DNA from: an uncultured Pseudomonadales bacterium
GTDB lineage: Bacteria > Patescibacteriota > Microgenomatia > UBA1400 > PJMF01
NCBI GenBank assembly: GCA_964633875.1
Contig: CAZWKL010000002.1
Coordinates: 89,338-151,302 of the forward strand
Direction: 5' to 3'
DNA length: 61,965 bases
Under the pieces are notes generated by a model. The model made no database searches, was not told where the DNA came from, and saw nothing but the letters and a program-made list of their open reading frames with translations. Every line of letters starts with the position of its first letter. Position 1 is the stretch's first letter. Shown here piece by piece: positions 28,922-38,977 of this stretch. Made by a program: the position numbers and the translations under genes.

Positions 28922-29950
28922 ATGGCTGTCCAGGAAATTGAAATTTATGCTTCTGTAGTAGATGCTGCCGGCGTCACTTATTGCGTAGATGGACTTGGAA
29001 CAAATCCGGAAACTGAAATGACTGATGTCAGCATGGTTTACCTGCCTACCGAGGAAGAGCAGAGCAATCGCATGAGAGTGCAACCCGTCTTTCCTCAGGA
29101 CGAGAATCTAAGAAAGGCTATTTTGGATGGAAGACCTGGCGAAGAAAAAGATATTAAGAATTTGTTTGGTGATTCTTCTTTCGCAAGATATTTATTAAGT
29201 TTGTACTGTCCATCAGAAAATGATCCGCGTCAACGCAAGCTCCAGCTTCCCAAGCATGAAATCCAGCGCGTTTTTAACCCTCAAGAGTCATTGCAAGTCT
29301 TGCTCTATGAAAAAATCCCAGAAATTCCGCCCGAAACTTACCGCAAACTTCAAACAGTGGTTGGTTACCTAATGATGAATGGTATTCCTCTCAAGGACAT
29401 GGGTGTTTATGGTGGGTTGCAATCTTACGTAGTCCATAAGCATTCACCTCATGACATTAAAGATGTTGATATTATCGTTTATGGCTTAGAATATGCTGAG
29501 TTAATTCATCAACTCGCTAGAACTAGCCAGGCATGGAAGAGCCCAGGTCTTGATACTAGAACCAGAGAGATTGATAAGGAGATGAGGGCGATTCGACACC
29601 GCAATACCAGAATTTATATCCCCAGAGAGCAAGGGCTGTTTTGCGATGTTAAAATCAACCGGAAGCCAGGGGATACTCAAACATATACCAGAGAGGTTAA
29701 ACCACTCCCTCAGATTACTACTATCACTGGAGTGGTTGTTGATGCTTCAGAATCAATGTCTTCACCCATGAGTATTAAAGTTAATGTTGGCGATGAAATT
29801 ATTAGTGTTTCCTCAACTGAATATGAATTTATTGGCACAGCAGCCAATGGTGATTACGTCATTGTGGCAGCAGCACCAACCACTCAACCGGGTCATTATC
29901 TTTTAACAGATGCCAGTGTCCACGGGGTTCGACACTTAGCAAAACCATAA
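28922..29950 (+). CDS. Putative Pol-beta-superfamily nucleotidyltransferase (archaeal COG1665-like architecture)
   Basis: GVYGG...DVDIIVYG motif; C-terminal beta-rich ITGVVVDASE..P...GD.V domain; AAGGAG RBS. Confidence 0.55.
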   Translation: MAVQEIEIYASVVDAAGVTYCVDGLGTNPETEMTDVSMVYLPTEEEQSNRMRVQPVFPQDENLRKAILDGRPGEEKDIKNLFGDSSFARYLLSLYCPSENDPRQRKLQLPKHEIQRVFNPQESLQVLLYEKIPEIPPETYRKLQTVVGYLMMNGIPLKDMGVYGGLQSYVVHKHSPHDIKDVDIIVYGLEYAELIHQLARTSQAWKSPGLDTRTREIDKEMRAIRHRNTRIYIPREQGLFCDVKINRKPGDTQTYTREVKPLPQITTITGVVVDASESMSSPMSIKVNVGDEIISVSSTEYEFIGTAANGDYVIVAAAPTTQPGHYLLTDASVHGVRHLAKP

Positions 29951-29968
29951 TTAGGACAGTAGTCAAAC

Positions 29969-30703
29969 ATGCCAAAAACACCATTAACCATCGGCTATTC
30001 AACCGGCTGCTATTTTCCTCACGAAACCAATTTGGCTGTTACCCTAGAAAAAATTCTGGAGTTCGAAAATGAAGCGGCGGAAATAAATTTGGCCACTCTT
30101 GACGATGTGGCTGCTCTTGATGAGCAAATTATTTCCTTGGCTAAGGAATTTGAGCAGGTTTCCATTCACGCGCCGATGATTAATTATCGCTACACCAGGG
30201 AGAGCGGAGCACTACTCGAAAAGCTCAAGGAATTTGCCCGGAAGGTAAATTCCCGCTACGTACTTTTCCATCCTGATATAGTTGATGATTTTGCGTTGGT
30301 TCGCCAAAAATTAGGTAGTTTGGCGGCTTTTGAAAATATGGACCGGCGCAAAGAATTTGGGACGACTGTTCAAGATTTGGCAGTAGTTTTTGAAAAATGT
30401 CCAGATTCACAGTGGATTTGCGACCTTAATCATGTTTTTACCATCAATAAAACTATGAAACTCTCAAAAGAGCTGCATCAGGCTTTTTCATCCAGGTTGG
30501 GAGGCTACCATTTCAGTGGCTATCAAGACGAAAAAACACTCCACACTTGTTTTTTCTTGACTCATGAAACCGAAATTTTAGACGCAATTGAAGATTTTAG
30601 CCAGGTGTTAATCCATGAAGGCGGCGCACCTGCCGAATATCACCCTGATTTTATTGCTAAGGAAGACGGCTATATTCGTGATTATTTTTACTCTATTGAT
30701 TGA
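29969..30703 (+). CDS. Xylose isomerase-like TIM barrel (sugar phosphate isomerase/AP endonuclease 2 family)
   Basis: SIHAP, FHPD, FENMD, CDLNH, YHFSG, IHE metal ligands. Confidence 0.75.
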   Translation: MPKTPLTIGYSTGCYFPHETNLAVTLEKILEFENEAAEINLATLDDVAALDEQIISLAKEFEQVSIHAPMINYRYTRESGALLEKLKEFARKVNSRYVLFHPDIVDDFALVRQKLGSLAAFENMDRRKEFGTTVQDLAVVFEKCPDSQWICDLNHVFTINKTMKLSKELHQAFSSRLGGYHFSGYQDEKTLHTCFFLTHETEILDAIEDFSQVLIHEGGAPAEYHPDFIAKEDGYIRDYFYSID

Positions 30704-31431
30704 AGACTATAGTTTTCTAAATTAAGCTGAACTAAGCCGTGAGGAATTTTTATAAAGTCCCCATTTGGCGTGAAAGAGAATTGTTGTTCAAATTTTTGCA
30801 TGGCTGAGATTGTTCTTGAACCCGGCAGCTCGTTAGCCAAAAGATAGAGGAAGCGGATAGCCCGAATGACTTCACTGTGAGCCACAATAGCAATTTTGCT
30901 TTCAGGAGCCAAGGTGAACGTTGTTTTTAGCCGATTCAGTTGATGGAGAGCTTGATTGACTCTCTCGAGAAAAATGAGAAAGCTTTCTCCATGATGGGGC
31001 GGCACGCCATTTTCCAGTTCATGAGAAATTCGTCGTCCAGTCCAAGCCTCATTCAATTTATCCGCGAGGATTGTTGCAACTTCTTCCCCTTCCCAATCGC
31101 CATGACCGTATTCTTCCAGTCCCTCGAGAGTTTGAGTAGGCAGTTCCAGGATTTGACCGAAAATTTCAGAAGTTTGAGTCGCTCGCTTCATAGTGCTGCT
31201 AATGATGAGAGCAATTTGATGCGGTACATCAACCAAAGCCTCTGCCTGAGCTATCATTTCGGTTTTGCCGCTTTCAGACAAAGCTTCATCGCTTGAGCCT
31301 TGTAATCTTTTTTCCTCATTTAGCCTGGTTTTTCCATGCCTGATAATTACCAAAGCTTCCAGTAACGCCCGAAATTCTTCCTGTTTTAGAAGTGGCAATT
31401 CTTGTTCTGGGTGAAATAGAGTTTCTATCAT
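30688..31431 (-). CDS. Histidine phosphatase family protein
   Basis: IIRHGKT, LQG, RATQT, E...G.WEG, GES, VAHSEVIR. Confidence 0.9.
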   Translation of the reverse strand: MIETLFHPEQELPLLKQEEFRALLEALVIIRHGKTRLNEEKRLQGSSDEALSESGKTEMIAQAEALVDVPHQIALIISSTMKRATQTSEIFGQILELPTQTLEGLEEYGHGDWEGEEVATILADKLNEAWTGRRISHELENGVPPHHGESFLIFLERVNQALHQLNRLKTTFTLAPESKIAIVAHSEVIRAIRFLYLLANELPGSRTISAMQKFEQQFSFTPNGDFIKIPHGLVQLNLENYSLQSIE

Positions 31432-32015
31432 GACCGATTTTTCCGCTTTTCAACCAACTCCTCCGCAATTTCCTTTGCCTCCTCATGCACAAACCGCGGC
31501 AAGCGCAGCTTTTCAATACTGTGCTCCATAAAGCGCTTTTCGTCTGCCGGCGAAAGAGTGGGCGTGACTCGCTCGACATCAAGCATGCCCAGCGTATCGG
31601 CTTCCATTAGCAGCAGCTCGTCTTCATCTTTCAGCTCACGAACCTGGTCGTGAACCGCCACCAAGTGAATAATCCGCATTTTTTGCTGATCGGTGAAGTA
31701 ATTATTGAGGCGCTGGTAGAGTAGTTGCTCAATTTGCTCGGCGCCCCGCTGCATGTGCAGCTTTTTTCTGTCGATGATGTTGTGTAGTGACCGCGAATCG
31801 GCATTTTCAAAAAGCCCTGCATAACCCCAGTCATGAGCGTAAGCCGCAGTAATCAAAACCGCCGGGTCCAGATTGGGGTTGTTAAGCCTGGTAAGCAGCT
31901 CTTTCAGCCAATAAACCACCGCCTCAGTGTGGGGTTGATCGTAATCTTTTCGCCCTTTATTAGCCAAGTCCTTCAAGATAAGTTGCCGGAGAATTTGTTC
32001 TGCTTTAGGGTTCAT
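31428..32015 (-). CDS. HD-domain phosphohydrolase
   Basis: H...V, AAYAHDWG, H...G, HD, EADTL; ATGA overlap with the phosphatase gene. Confidence 0.85.
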   Translation of the reverse strand: MNPKAEQILRQLILKDLANKGRKDYDQPHTEAVVYWLKELLTRLNNPNLDPAVLITAAYAHDWGYAGLFENADSRSLHNIIDRKKLHMQRGAEQIEQLLYQRLNNYFTDQQKMRIIHLVAVHDQVRELKDEDELLLMEADTLGMLDVERVTPTLSPADEKRFMEHSIEKLRLPRFVHEEAKEIAEELVEKRKNRS

Positions 32016-32022
32016 TAAATAG

Positions 32023-32055
32023 TAGTATAACCCATCTAGAACTTGGGTTATACTA
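32023..32055. promoter_or_regulatory. Symmetric bidirectional promoter / operator
   Basis: Perfect 12-bp inverted repeat TAGTATAACCCA-N9-TGGGTTATACTA; each arm holds a TATACT -10 facing outward. Confidence 0.6.
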
Positions 32056-32063
32056 AGCCCACT

Positions 32064-32111
32064 ATGATCAAATCAATTGTTAGTTGGCAAATTCATTATT
32101 CCACTTCCTAA
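32064..32111 (+). CDS. Putative Ser-rich leader peptide MIKSIVSWQIHYSTS upstream of glyA
   Basis: ATG 9 nt after TATACT; 4 Ser codons of 15; the stop is followed by anti-SD TTCTCCT. Confidence 0.35.
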   Translation: MIKSIVSWQIHYSTS

Positions 32112-32171
32112 CTATTCTCCTGCCTGAAAAACCGTTTTCAGCGGTTAAATTTGTAATTTAAAAGGAGAAAA

Positions 32172-33488
32172 ATGAAAAGAGATATTATTTTTGAGATTAT
32201 TAAAAAAGAAGAGCAGCGCCAAAAGGAAATGATTGGGCTAATTCCTTCGGAGAATCACATTTCTCCTCAAGTGAGCGAGGTTTTAAGCAGTGTCCTTTCC
32301 AGTAAATATGCCGAAGGTTATCCGGGCCGCCGCTACTACGAAGGCAACCAATTTGTAGACGAAATTGAGAATTTGGCCCGCGATAGAGTAAAAAAATTGT
32401 TCAATGTGCCGTACGTCAATGTGCAGCCATATTCCGGCTCTCCAGCTAATAGCGCTATTTATTTCGCGCTGCTGGAACCTGGAGACACTATTTTAGGCTT
32501 GAAGCTGGCGATGGGCGGGCACCTGACTCACGGCCATCCTCAAGTGACTTTTTCCGGGCGTTACTATAATTCGGTCCAGTACGGCGTTGACGACCAGGCT
32601 AGAGTAGATTTTGCTGAAGTTCGCCGCCTGGCTAAAAAACACCGGCCGAAGATTATTGTGGCCGGCAACACCGCTTATCCGTTTGAGCTGGATTTCAAAA
32701 AGTTCCGTGAAATTGCCGATGAAGTTGGTGCCTGGTTGATGGCCGATATTTCGCACATTACCGGCCTGGTGGTGGCAGGTGAACATCTCTCGCCCATGCC
32801 TTACGCCGACGTAATTATGACCACCACTCACAAAACTTTTCGCGGACCGCGTGGTGCCATGATTATGGTTACTGAGAGAGGCTTGAAACGCGACTCCAAA
32901 CTGGGGCAAAAAATAGACGCGGCCATTATTCCCGGGCTACAGGGCGGGCCGCACAACGCCACTACCGCCGGTATTGCTATCGCGGCAGCAGAGGCGATGC
33001 GGCCAGAGTTCAAAAAATACGGCCAGCAAGTGCGTAAAAATGCCACCGCTTTGGCCGAGCGCTTGATGAGTCACGGCTTGCAGCTAGTGGGCAGCGGCAC
33101 CGAAACTCACCTGATGGTGGTGGACCTGACCAATTATGGCGATGGTTTTGGCACCCAAGTAGCCTACGCCCTGGATGTGGCCGGTATTTATGCCAACCGC
33201 AACACTGTGCCTCACGAGCCTTGCTCGCCGTTTTATCCTTCGGGTTTAAGGCTGGGCACGCCGTTAGTAACTACCAGGGGCATGAAAGAAAAGGAGATGG
33301 AGCAAATTGCCGACTGGATTTATGCGGTAGTGGAGCAAATTAAAAATAAGCAGTTGCCACCAGACAAAAAAGAGTGGCGCCGGTTTATCAAAGACTTTAA
33401 AGCTCAGGCTGACAAAAACAAAGCTCTGCTCAAAATCAGGCAAGAAGTGAAAGCAATGGCAGTTAAGTATCCGCTTTTTACTTGGTAA
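32172..33488 (+). CDS. glyA: Serine hydroxymethyltransferase
   Basis: LIPSEN, YAEGYPGRRYYEG, GGHLTHG, TTTHKTFRGPRG, SGLRLGTP. Confidence 0.97.
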   Translation: MKRDIIFEIIKKEEQRQKEMIGLIPSENHISPQVSEVLSSVLSSKYAEGYPGRRYYEGNQFVDEIENLARDRVKKLFNVPYVNVQPYSGSPANSAIYFALLEPGDTILGLKLAMGGHLTHGHPQVTFSGRYYNSVQYGVDDQARVDFAEVRRLAKKHRPKIIVAGNTAYPFELDFKKFREIADEVGAWLMADISHITGLVVAGEHLSPMPYADVIMTTTHKTFRGPRGAMIMVTERGLKRDSKLGQKIDAAIIPGLQGGPHNATTAGIAIAAAEAMRPEFKKYGQQVRKNATALAERLMSHGLQLVGSGTETHLMVVDLTNYGDGFGTQVAYALDVAGIYANRNTVPHEPCSPFYPSGLRLGTPLVTTRGMKEKEMEQIADWIYAVVEQIKNKQLPPDKKEWRRFIKDFKAQADKNKALLKIRQEVKAMAVKYPLFTW

Positions 33489-33523
33489 GCTTGTATCGGC
33501 AAAGGAAGCGAAAGGTTAAAAGT

Positions 33524-34414
33524 ATGTTGCAAAGAAAAATTGGCGCCCATGTTTCTACTGCCGGTGGTTATTACAAGGTGGCGGAGCGGGCAGCGGCAAT
33601 CGGCGCCAACTGCGCTCAGCTTTTTTCCAGCAGCCCGCGGGTTTGGCATGGCGCCTGGGAGCAGAAGCTAGATTTGGCTAAATATCGGGCAGAAATGGAA
33701 AAATACGGCATCGAGCCGGTTTTTACTCACGCTCTTTATCTGGTTAATTTGGCTTCAGCCAATCCGGTTCAGGTGGAAAAATCTGTGGCCGCTCTGAAAC
33801 AGGAACTGCGCTTTGACAGCGCTATCGGTGGTAGCGGTGTGATTGTTCATCTTGGCAGTCACCTGGGTAAAGGTTGGACAGCGGTACGAGATCAAGTCGC
33901 CCAGGCAATCAAGGCAATTTTAGTCGATACTCCCGAAAACTCCACTTTTTTGATTGAAAATTCTGCCGGCCAAAACGGTAAGGTTTGTAGTGATCTGAGT
34001 GAGATCCGTTGGCTGTTGGACCAGGTGGCCTCACCTAGACTGGGTTGGTGTGTAGACACCTGCCATGCTTTTGCAGCTGGTTTTGAGCTTGGCGCTAAGA
34101 AAAGTGGAGTAGGGCACCCAAAATTTTCCGCTTGTCCGGGCAATTTAGTTGAAGCCATTGACGACCTTAATCTCTGGGCAACTCTCCGCTGTATCCACGT
34201 CAATGACAGCAAGGGCGATTTCGGTTCTGGTATAGACAGGCACGAAAACCTGCTAGAAGGCAAAATTCCTGCCGAAGATTTTCAATCTTTTCTCAATCAG
34301 CCAAAAACCAAAGACCTGCCCTTAATTTTAGAAGTGCCTGGTATTAAAGGGGAGGGACCAGACGCGGAAAATATTTCCTGCCTCAAGGACTTGGTTAGAG
34401 AAAACATAACCTGA
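33524..34414 (+). CDS. nfo: Endonuclease IV
   Basis: IGAHVS, HALYLVNL, VHLGS, IENSAG, CVDTCHAF, HVNDSK, DRHEN, LEVP. Confidence 0.92.
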   Translation: MLQRKIGAHVSTAGGYYKVAERAAAIGANCAQLFSSSPRVWHGAWEQKLDLAKYRAEMEKYGIEPVFTHALYLVNLASANPVQVEKSVAALKQELRFDSAIGGSGVIVHLGSHLGKGWTAVRDQVAQAIKAILVDTPENSTFLIENSAGQNGKVCSDLSEIRWLLDQVASPRLGWCVDTCHAFAAGFELGAKKSGVGHPKFSACPGNLVEAIDDLNLWATLRCIHVNDSKGDFGSGIDRHENLLEGKIPAEDFQSFLNQPKTKDLPLILEVPGIKGEGPDAENISCLKDLVRENIT

Positions 34415-35319
34415 TGCATATTTTTGACGGCCGAACTACAGCCATGCGTTTGGAAACCGCCCTGCAAAAACGGGTGGAAAATTTACGTGCGCAAGGCAAA
34501 ACAATAAAAGTGGCGGCAGTGCTTTTCCAGGAGGATGTTGGCAGTCGTTATTATTCAGAATACAAACGCTTGGCCGCAGAGAGAATTGGCATGGCTTATG
34601 AACTGCACCCATTTTCCATTGCTGTTCCTGTTGCTGAGGTCATTGCTATGATCAGCAAGCTTAATCAAGATCAAGCTGTCACTGGCATTATTATTCAGAA
34701 GCCGACCGGCCGAGTTTGGCGTCAATATAATCCCAAGCCAAAGCTGACCTATGGCGAGTGGTGGAAAATTCTTTATCAGGCGGTAGATCACCGCAAAGAT
34801 GTGGATGGGCTTCATCCTACCACTATGGCCGCGATTGAGAATGGCACTTGGGAGGAGGAGGGCAGAGTGCTGCCCGCCACCGTTCGGGCGGTCCAAAAAG
34901 TGATGCAAAGCCCTGAATTTCAGGCCGTTACCAAGCAAGACAGCCAGTACTTGATTATTGGCAAATCAGATCTTTTGGGCAAACCGCTTTACCACTTGCT
35001 CAAGCGCCAGGGGAGAGCAGTGGAGATGATAGGTAAAAAAGGTTTCGCGGAGAGGATGAAATCAGGCTTAAAACTGACTGATGCCGATGTGATCATTACC
35101 GCCACCGGGCGGGAGTACTTGGTCACTGGAGAGATGATCAAAAAAGGTGCCGTCCTCATCGATGTAGGCGAACCCAGACCAGACCTGGATCAAAAAAGCC
35201 TGGCGAAAAAAGCCGCTTTTATTACCCCAGTACCAGGCGGGGTGGGGCCGTTGACGGTGGTGAGTTTGCTGGAAAACGCGGTGGCGCTTCACCAGGCCAC
35301 AAAATCAATTGTGTTATAA
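34414..35319 (+). CDS. folD: Methylenetetrahydrofolate dehydrogenase/cyclohydrolase
   Basis: Y...K, KDVDG, PATV, IIGKS.LLGKP, VLIDVG, ITPVPGGVGPLTV. Confidence 0.9.
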   Translation: MHIFDGRTTAMRLETALQKRVENLRAQGKTIKVAAVLFQEDVGSRYYSEYKRLAAERIGMAYELHPFSIAVPVAEVIAMISKLNQDQAVTGIIIQKPTGRVWRQYNPKPKLTYGEWWKILYQAVDHRKDVDGLHPTTMAAIENGTWEEEGRVLPATVRAVQKVMQSPEFQAVTKQDSQYLIIGKSDLLGKPLYHLLKRQGRAVEMIGKKGFAERMKSGLKLTDADVIITATGREYLVTGEMIKKGAVLIDVGEPRPDLDQKSLAKKAAFITPVPGGVGPLTVVSLLENAVALHQATKSIVL

Positions 35320-35341
35320 TACACCTCTTAATACCAAGTAT

Positions 35342-35418
35342 TGCGGATGATGCGGACAACAGTCCTGATTTTTCCCATCTTCGCACACTGCTTTCCGGTA
35401 AAATAAGCCGGTAAGCAG
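35342..35418 (+). promoter_or_regulatory. Structured rpsB 5' leader (candidate S2 autoregulatory RNA)
   Basis: Helices TGCG/CGCA, GATG/CATC and GGAC/GTCC, then CTGCT/AGCAG with CCGGT/GCCGG, between a TATAAT and the RBS. Confidence 0.4.
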
Positions 35419-35432
35419 GAAACAAGGACAAT

Positions 35433-36173
35433 ATGAAAGGTGTCATCACCTCAACTTTACTAAAAGATCTGGATTTGCCGGAAAAAGCGCCGGAGTATGA
35501 CCTGAGAGAGCTGCTTGAGTATGGCATGCATTTTGGTCACCAGAAAGCTAAATGGTTCCCCAAAATGGCGGAATGGATTTACATAGAAAAAGATGGTGTG
35601 CACATCTTTGACCTCGAGAAAACGGCCGCTCAACTGCAACTGGCTTACAATTATTTCTACCAGCTTGGCAGAACCGGCAAAACCGTGATTATGGTAGGCA
35701 CCAAACGCCAGGCCTCTCAAATTATTGAAGAAGTAGCTGAAGCTAACAAAATGATGTACATTACCGCGCGTTGGTTGGGTGGTTTTTTGACCAACTGGGA
35801 TCAAGTGCAGCAATCTCTTAACCGGATGCTTAAGCTGGAAAAAGGCTTGAGTGAGGGCGCTTACAGCAAATATACCAAGTATGAGCAAGTGCAGCTTGAG
35901 AAAGAGCTGAACCGTTTGCGCCGCTTTTTTGCCGGAGTCAAGGAGCTTAAAGGCAAGCCGGACGCTTTGTTCGTGGTTGATCCAAAACGTGAGAAAATTG
36001 CCGTCAGTGAGGCTCAAGCCTTGGGTATTCCGGTGATCGCGGTGACAGATTCCAACACCGATCCCACCGGTATCGATATCGTTATTCCGGCCAATGACGA
36101 CGCTCTCAAAAGCATCAAATTTGTGGTTGAGCAGCTGGCAGCAGCTTACACGGCTGGCAAAAACAAGCAATAA
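35433..36173 (+). CDS. rpsB: 30S ribosomal protein S2
   Basis: GMHFGH, HIFDL, VGTKRQA, RWLGGFLTN, DSNTDP, IPANDD. Confidence 0.97.
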   Translation: MKGVITSTLLKDLDLPEKAPEYDLRELLEYGMHFGHQKAKWFPKMAEWIYIEKDGVHIFDLEKTAAQLQLAYNYFYQLGRTGKTVIMVGTKRQASQIIEEVAEANKMMYITARWLGGFLTNWDQVQQSLNRMLKLEKGLSEGAYSKYTKYEQVQLEKELNRLRRFFAGVKELKGKPDALFVVDPKREKIAVSEAQALGIPVIAVTDSNTDPTGIDIVIPANDDALKSIKFVVEQLAAAYTAGKNKQ

Positions 36174-36207
36174 TTTGTAAAACCGGAAAAATTGAAGGAA
36201 AACTAAA

Positions 36208-36669
36208 ATGGCAACTTACACAATCAAAGAAATTAAACAACTGCGTGAAGAAACCGGCGCTGGCATGATGGATTGCAAGAAAGCCCTGGAAGAAGCGGGC
36301 GGCAATTACGCCAAAGCTAAGGAAATCGTTCGCCAAAAAGGTCTGGCTAGGGCAGAGAAGAAAGCTGACCGCGTGGCCGCTGAAGGCTATATCGCCAGTT
36401 ATGTCCACGCTAATAACCAGGTGGCGGCTTTAGTGGAAATTCTCTGCGAAACTGATTTTGTAGCCCGCAACAGCGATTTTCAAACCATGGCCAAAGATGT
36501 GGCTATGCAAGTGGTGGCCATGAATCCGGCGGATGTGGCAGAGCTGTTGGCTCAGGATTTCATCAAAAACCCCTCAATTACAGTTGAAGATATTGTCAAA
36601 GAAACCAGCGGCAAGATTGGTGAAAAATTTGTGGTGAGCCGGTTTGTGAGGTATGAAGTGGGGGAGTAG
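36208..36669 (+). CDS. tsf: Elongation factor Ts (short form)
   Basis: IKQLREETGAGMMDCKKAL, CETDFVA, RFVRYEVG. Confidence 0.95.
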   Translation: MATYTIKEIKQLREETGAGMMDCKKALEEAGGNYAKAKEIVRQKGLARAEKKADRVAAEGYIASYVHANNQVAALVEILCETDFVARNSDFQTMAKDVAMQVVAMNPADVAELLAQDFIKNPSITVEDIVKETSGKIGEKFVVSRFVRYEVGE

Positions 36670-36670
36670 C

Positions 36671-37750
36671 TTACACTATCACCATCACGTCCCCAAATGA
36701 GTAAAAGCGGTAATTGTTTTTGATAGCCTCGTTGTAGGCCTGGCCAACCGGTGAGAGCTGAAAGTCAATAAACTCATGCCCGGTGTTAGGCGCGGCCACA
36801 AAAGCCGAAACTAACATCAGCAGCGTCGATTTTGGCAGGTGAAAGTTGGTGATCAAACCATCCACAAATTTGTATTGGTAGCCTGGGTAAATAAAAATAT
36901 CCGTTTCTCCGGTTTGAGCAGATAATTGACCGAACTCATCGCTGCATGTTTCCAGCACACGGGCGGTGGTCGTGCCGACAGAAATTACTCTTTTACCATT
37001 AGCTTTGGCCTGATTGAGCACATTTACTGTTTTTTCCGGCAGAGTAAACCACTCGCTGTGCATGGTGTGTTTGGTGATATCAGTAGTTTTAACAGGCAGA
37101 AAAGTACCCAAACCCACGTGGAGAGTAATCTCGATGATTTTAATTCCTTTTTCGGTTAATTTTTGCTCGACTGCAGGCGTAAAGTGCAAGCCAGCGGTGG
37201 GCGCGGCCGCGGAACCAGGGTGTTTGGCAAATAAAGTTTGGTAGTTTTCTTTAAGTTTTTGACTGGTAGCTTGGTCAGGATTGATATAAGGCGGCAGCGG
37301 CGTGTGGCCGATTTTGTTAAGGGCAGAAAAGAGCTGGCTACCGGTTTGGTTGAGCAGGATTTTGCGAGTATAACCGGAGTCATCAAGGCAGGAAGCGGTT
37401 AGAGTTGAGTCTGGAAAAAAGACTGATTGGCCTTTTTTTAAGCCGGGCTTAGTCAGTACTTCCCAAATTTCCCCGCCAGTAGTCATTTTCAGTAGTTTAT
37501 TAAGCAAAATTTCCACCCGGCCGCCGGATTCTTTATGGCCATAAAGCCGAGCGGGAATAACCTTGGTGTTGTTGCGCACCAACACATCGCCGGGCTGCAA
37601 AAAATCAGACAAGTTAAAAAAGCGAGCATGCTTAATCTGGCCGGAAATTTTGTCCAAAACCAACAAGCGGCTCTGATCGCGCGGCGAAACCGGCTCCGAG
37701 GCAATCATTTCGGGGGGCAAGTAATACTCAAATTGACTCAACTTCAACAT
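36671..37750 (-). CDS. queA: S-adenosylmethionine:tRNA ribosyltransferase-isomerase
   Basis: FEYYLPPEMIA..P..RD.SRLL, NNTKVIPARL, PLPPYI, AAPTAGLHF, LHVGLGTF, VGTT, TNFHLPKSTL, YSFGD; true start ATG 37750. Confidence 0.96.
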   Translation of the reverse strand: MLKLSQFEYYLPPEMIASEPVSPRDQSRLLVLDKISGQIKHARFFNLSDFLQPGDVLVRNNTKVIPARLYGHKESGGRVEILLNKLLKMTTGGEIWEVLTKPGLKKGQSVFFPDSTLTASCLDDSGYTRKILLNQTGSQLFSALNKIGHTPLPPYINPDQATSQKLKENYQTLFAKHPGSAAAPTAGLHFTPAVEQKLTEKGIKIIEITLHVGLGTFLPVKTTDITKHTMHSEWFTLPEKTVNVLNQAKANGKRVISVGTTTARVLETCSDEFGQLSAQTGETDIFIYPGYQYKFVDGLITNFHLPKSTLLMLVSAFVAAPNTGHEFIDFQLSPVGQAYNEAIKNNYRFYSFGDVMVIV

Positions 37751-37757
37751 CAGCAGG

Positions 37758-37787
37758 ATTATACACCGGCAGGTATCCAGGTATAAT
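37758..37787. promoter_or_regulatory. Back-to-back TATAAT -10 boxes of queA and tgt
   Basis: Minus TATAAT (37763-37758) and plus TATAAT (37782-37787), 18 bp apart, 7 and 8 nt from the two ATGs. Confidence 0.65.
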
Positions 37788-37789
37788 AG

Positions 37790-38962
<1,173 letters not shown>

Positions 38963-38977
38963 TTTAAGTTAAGTATT

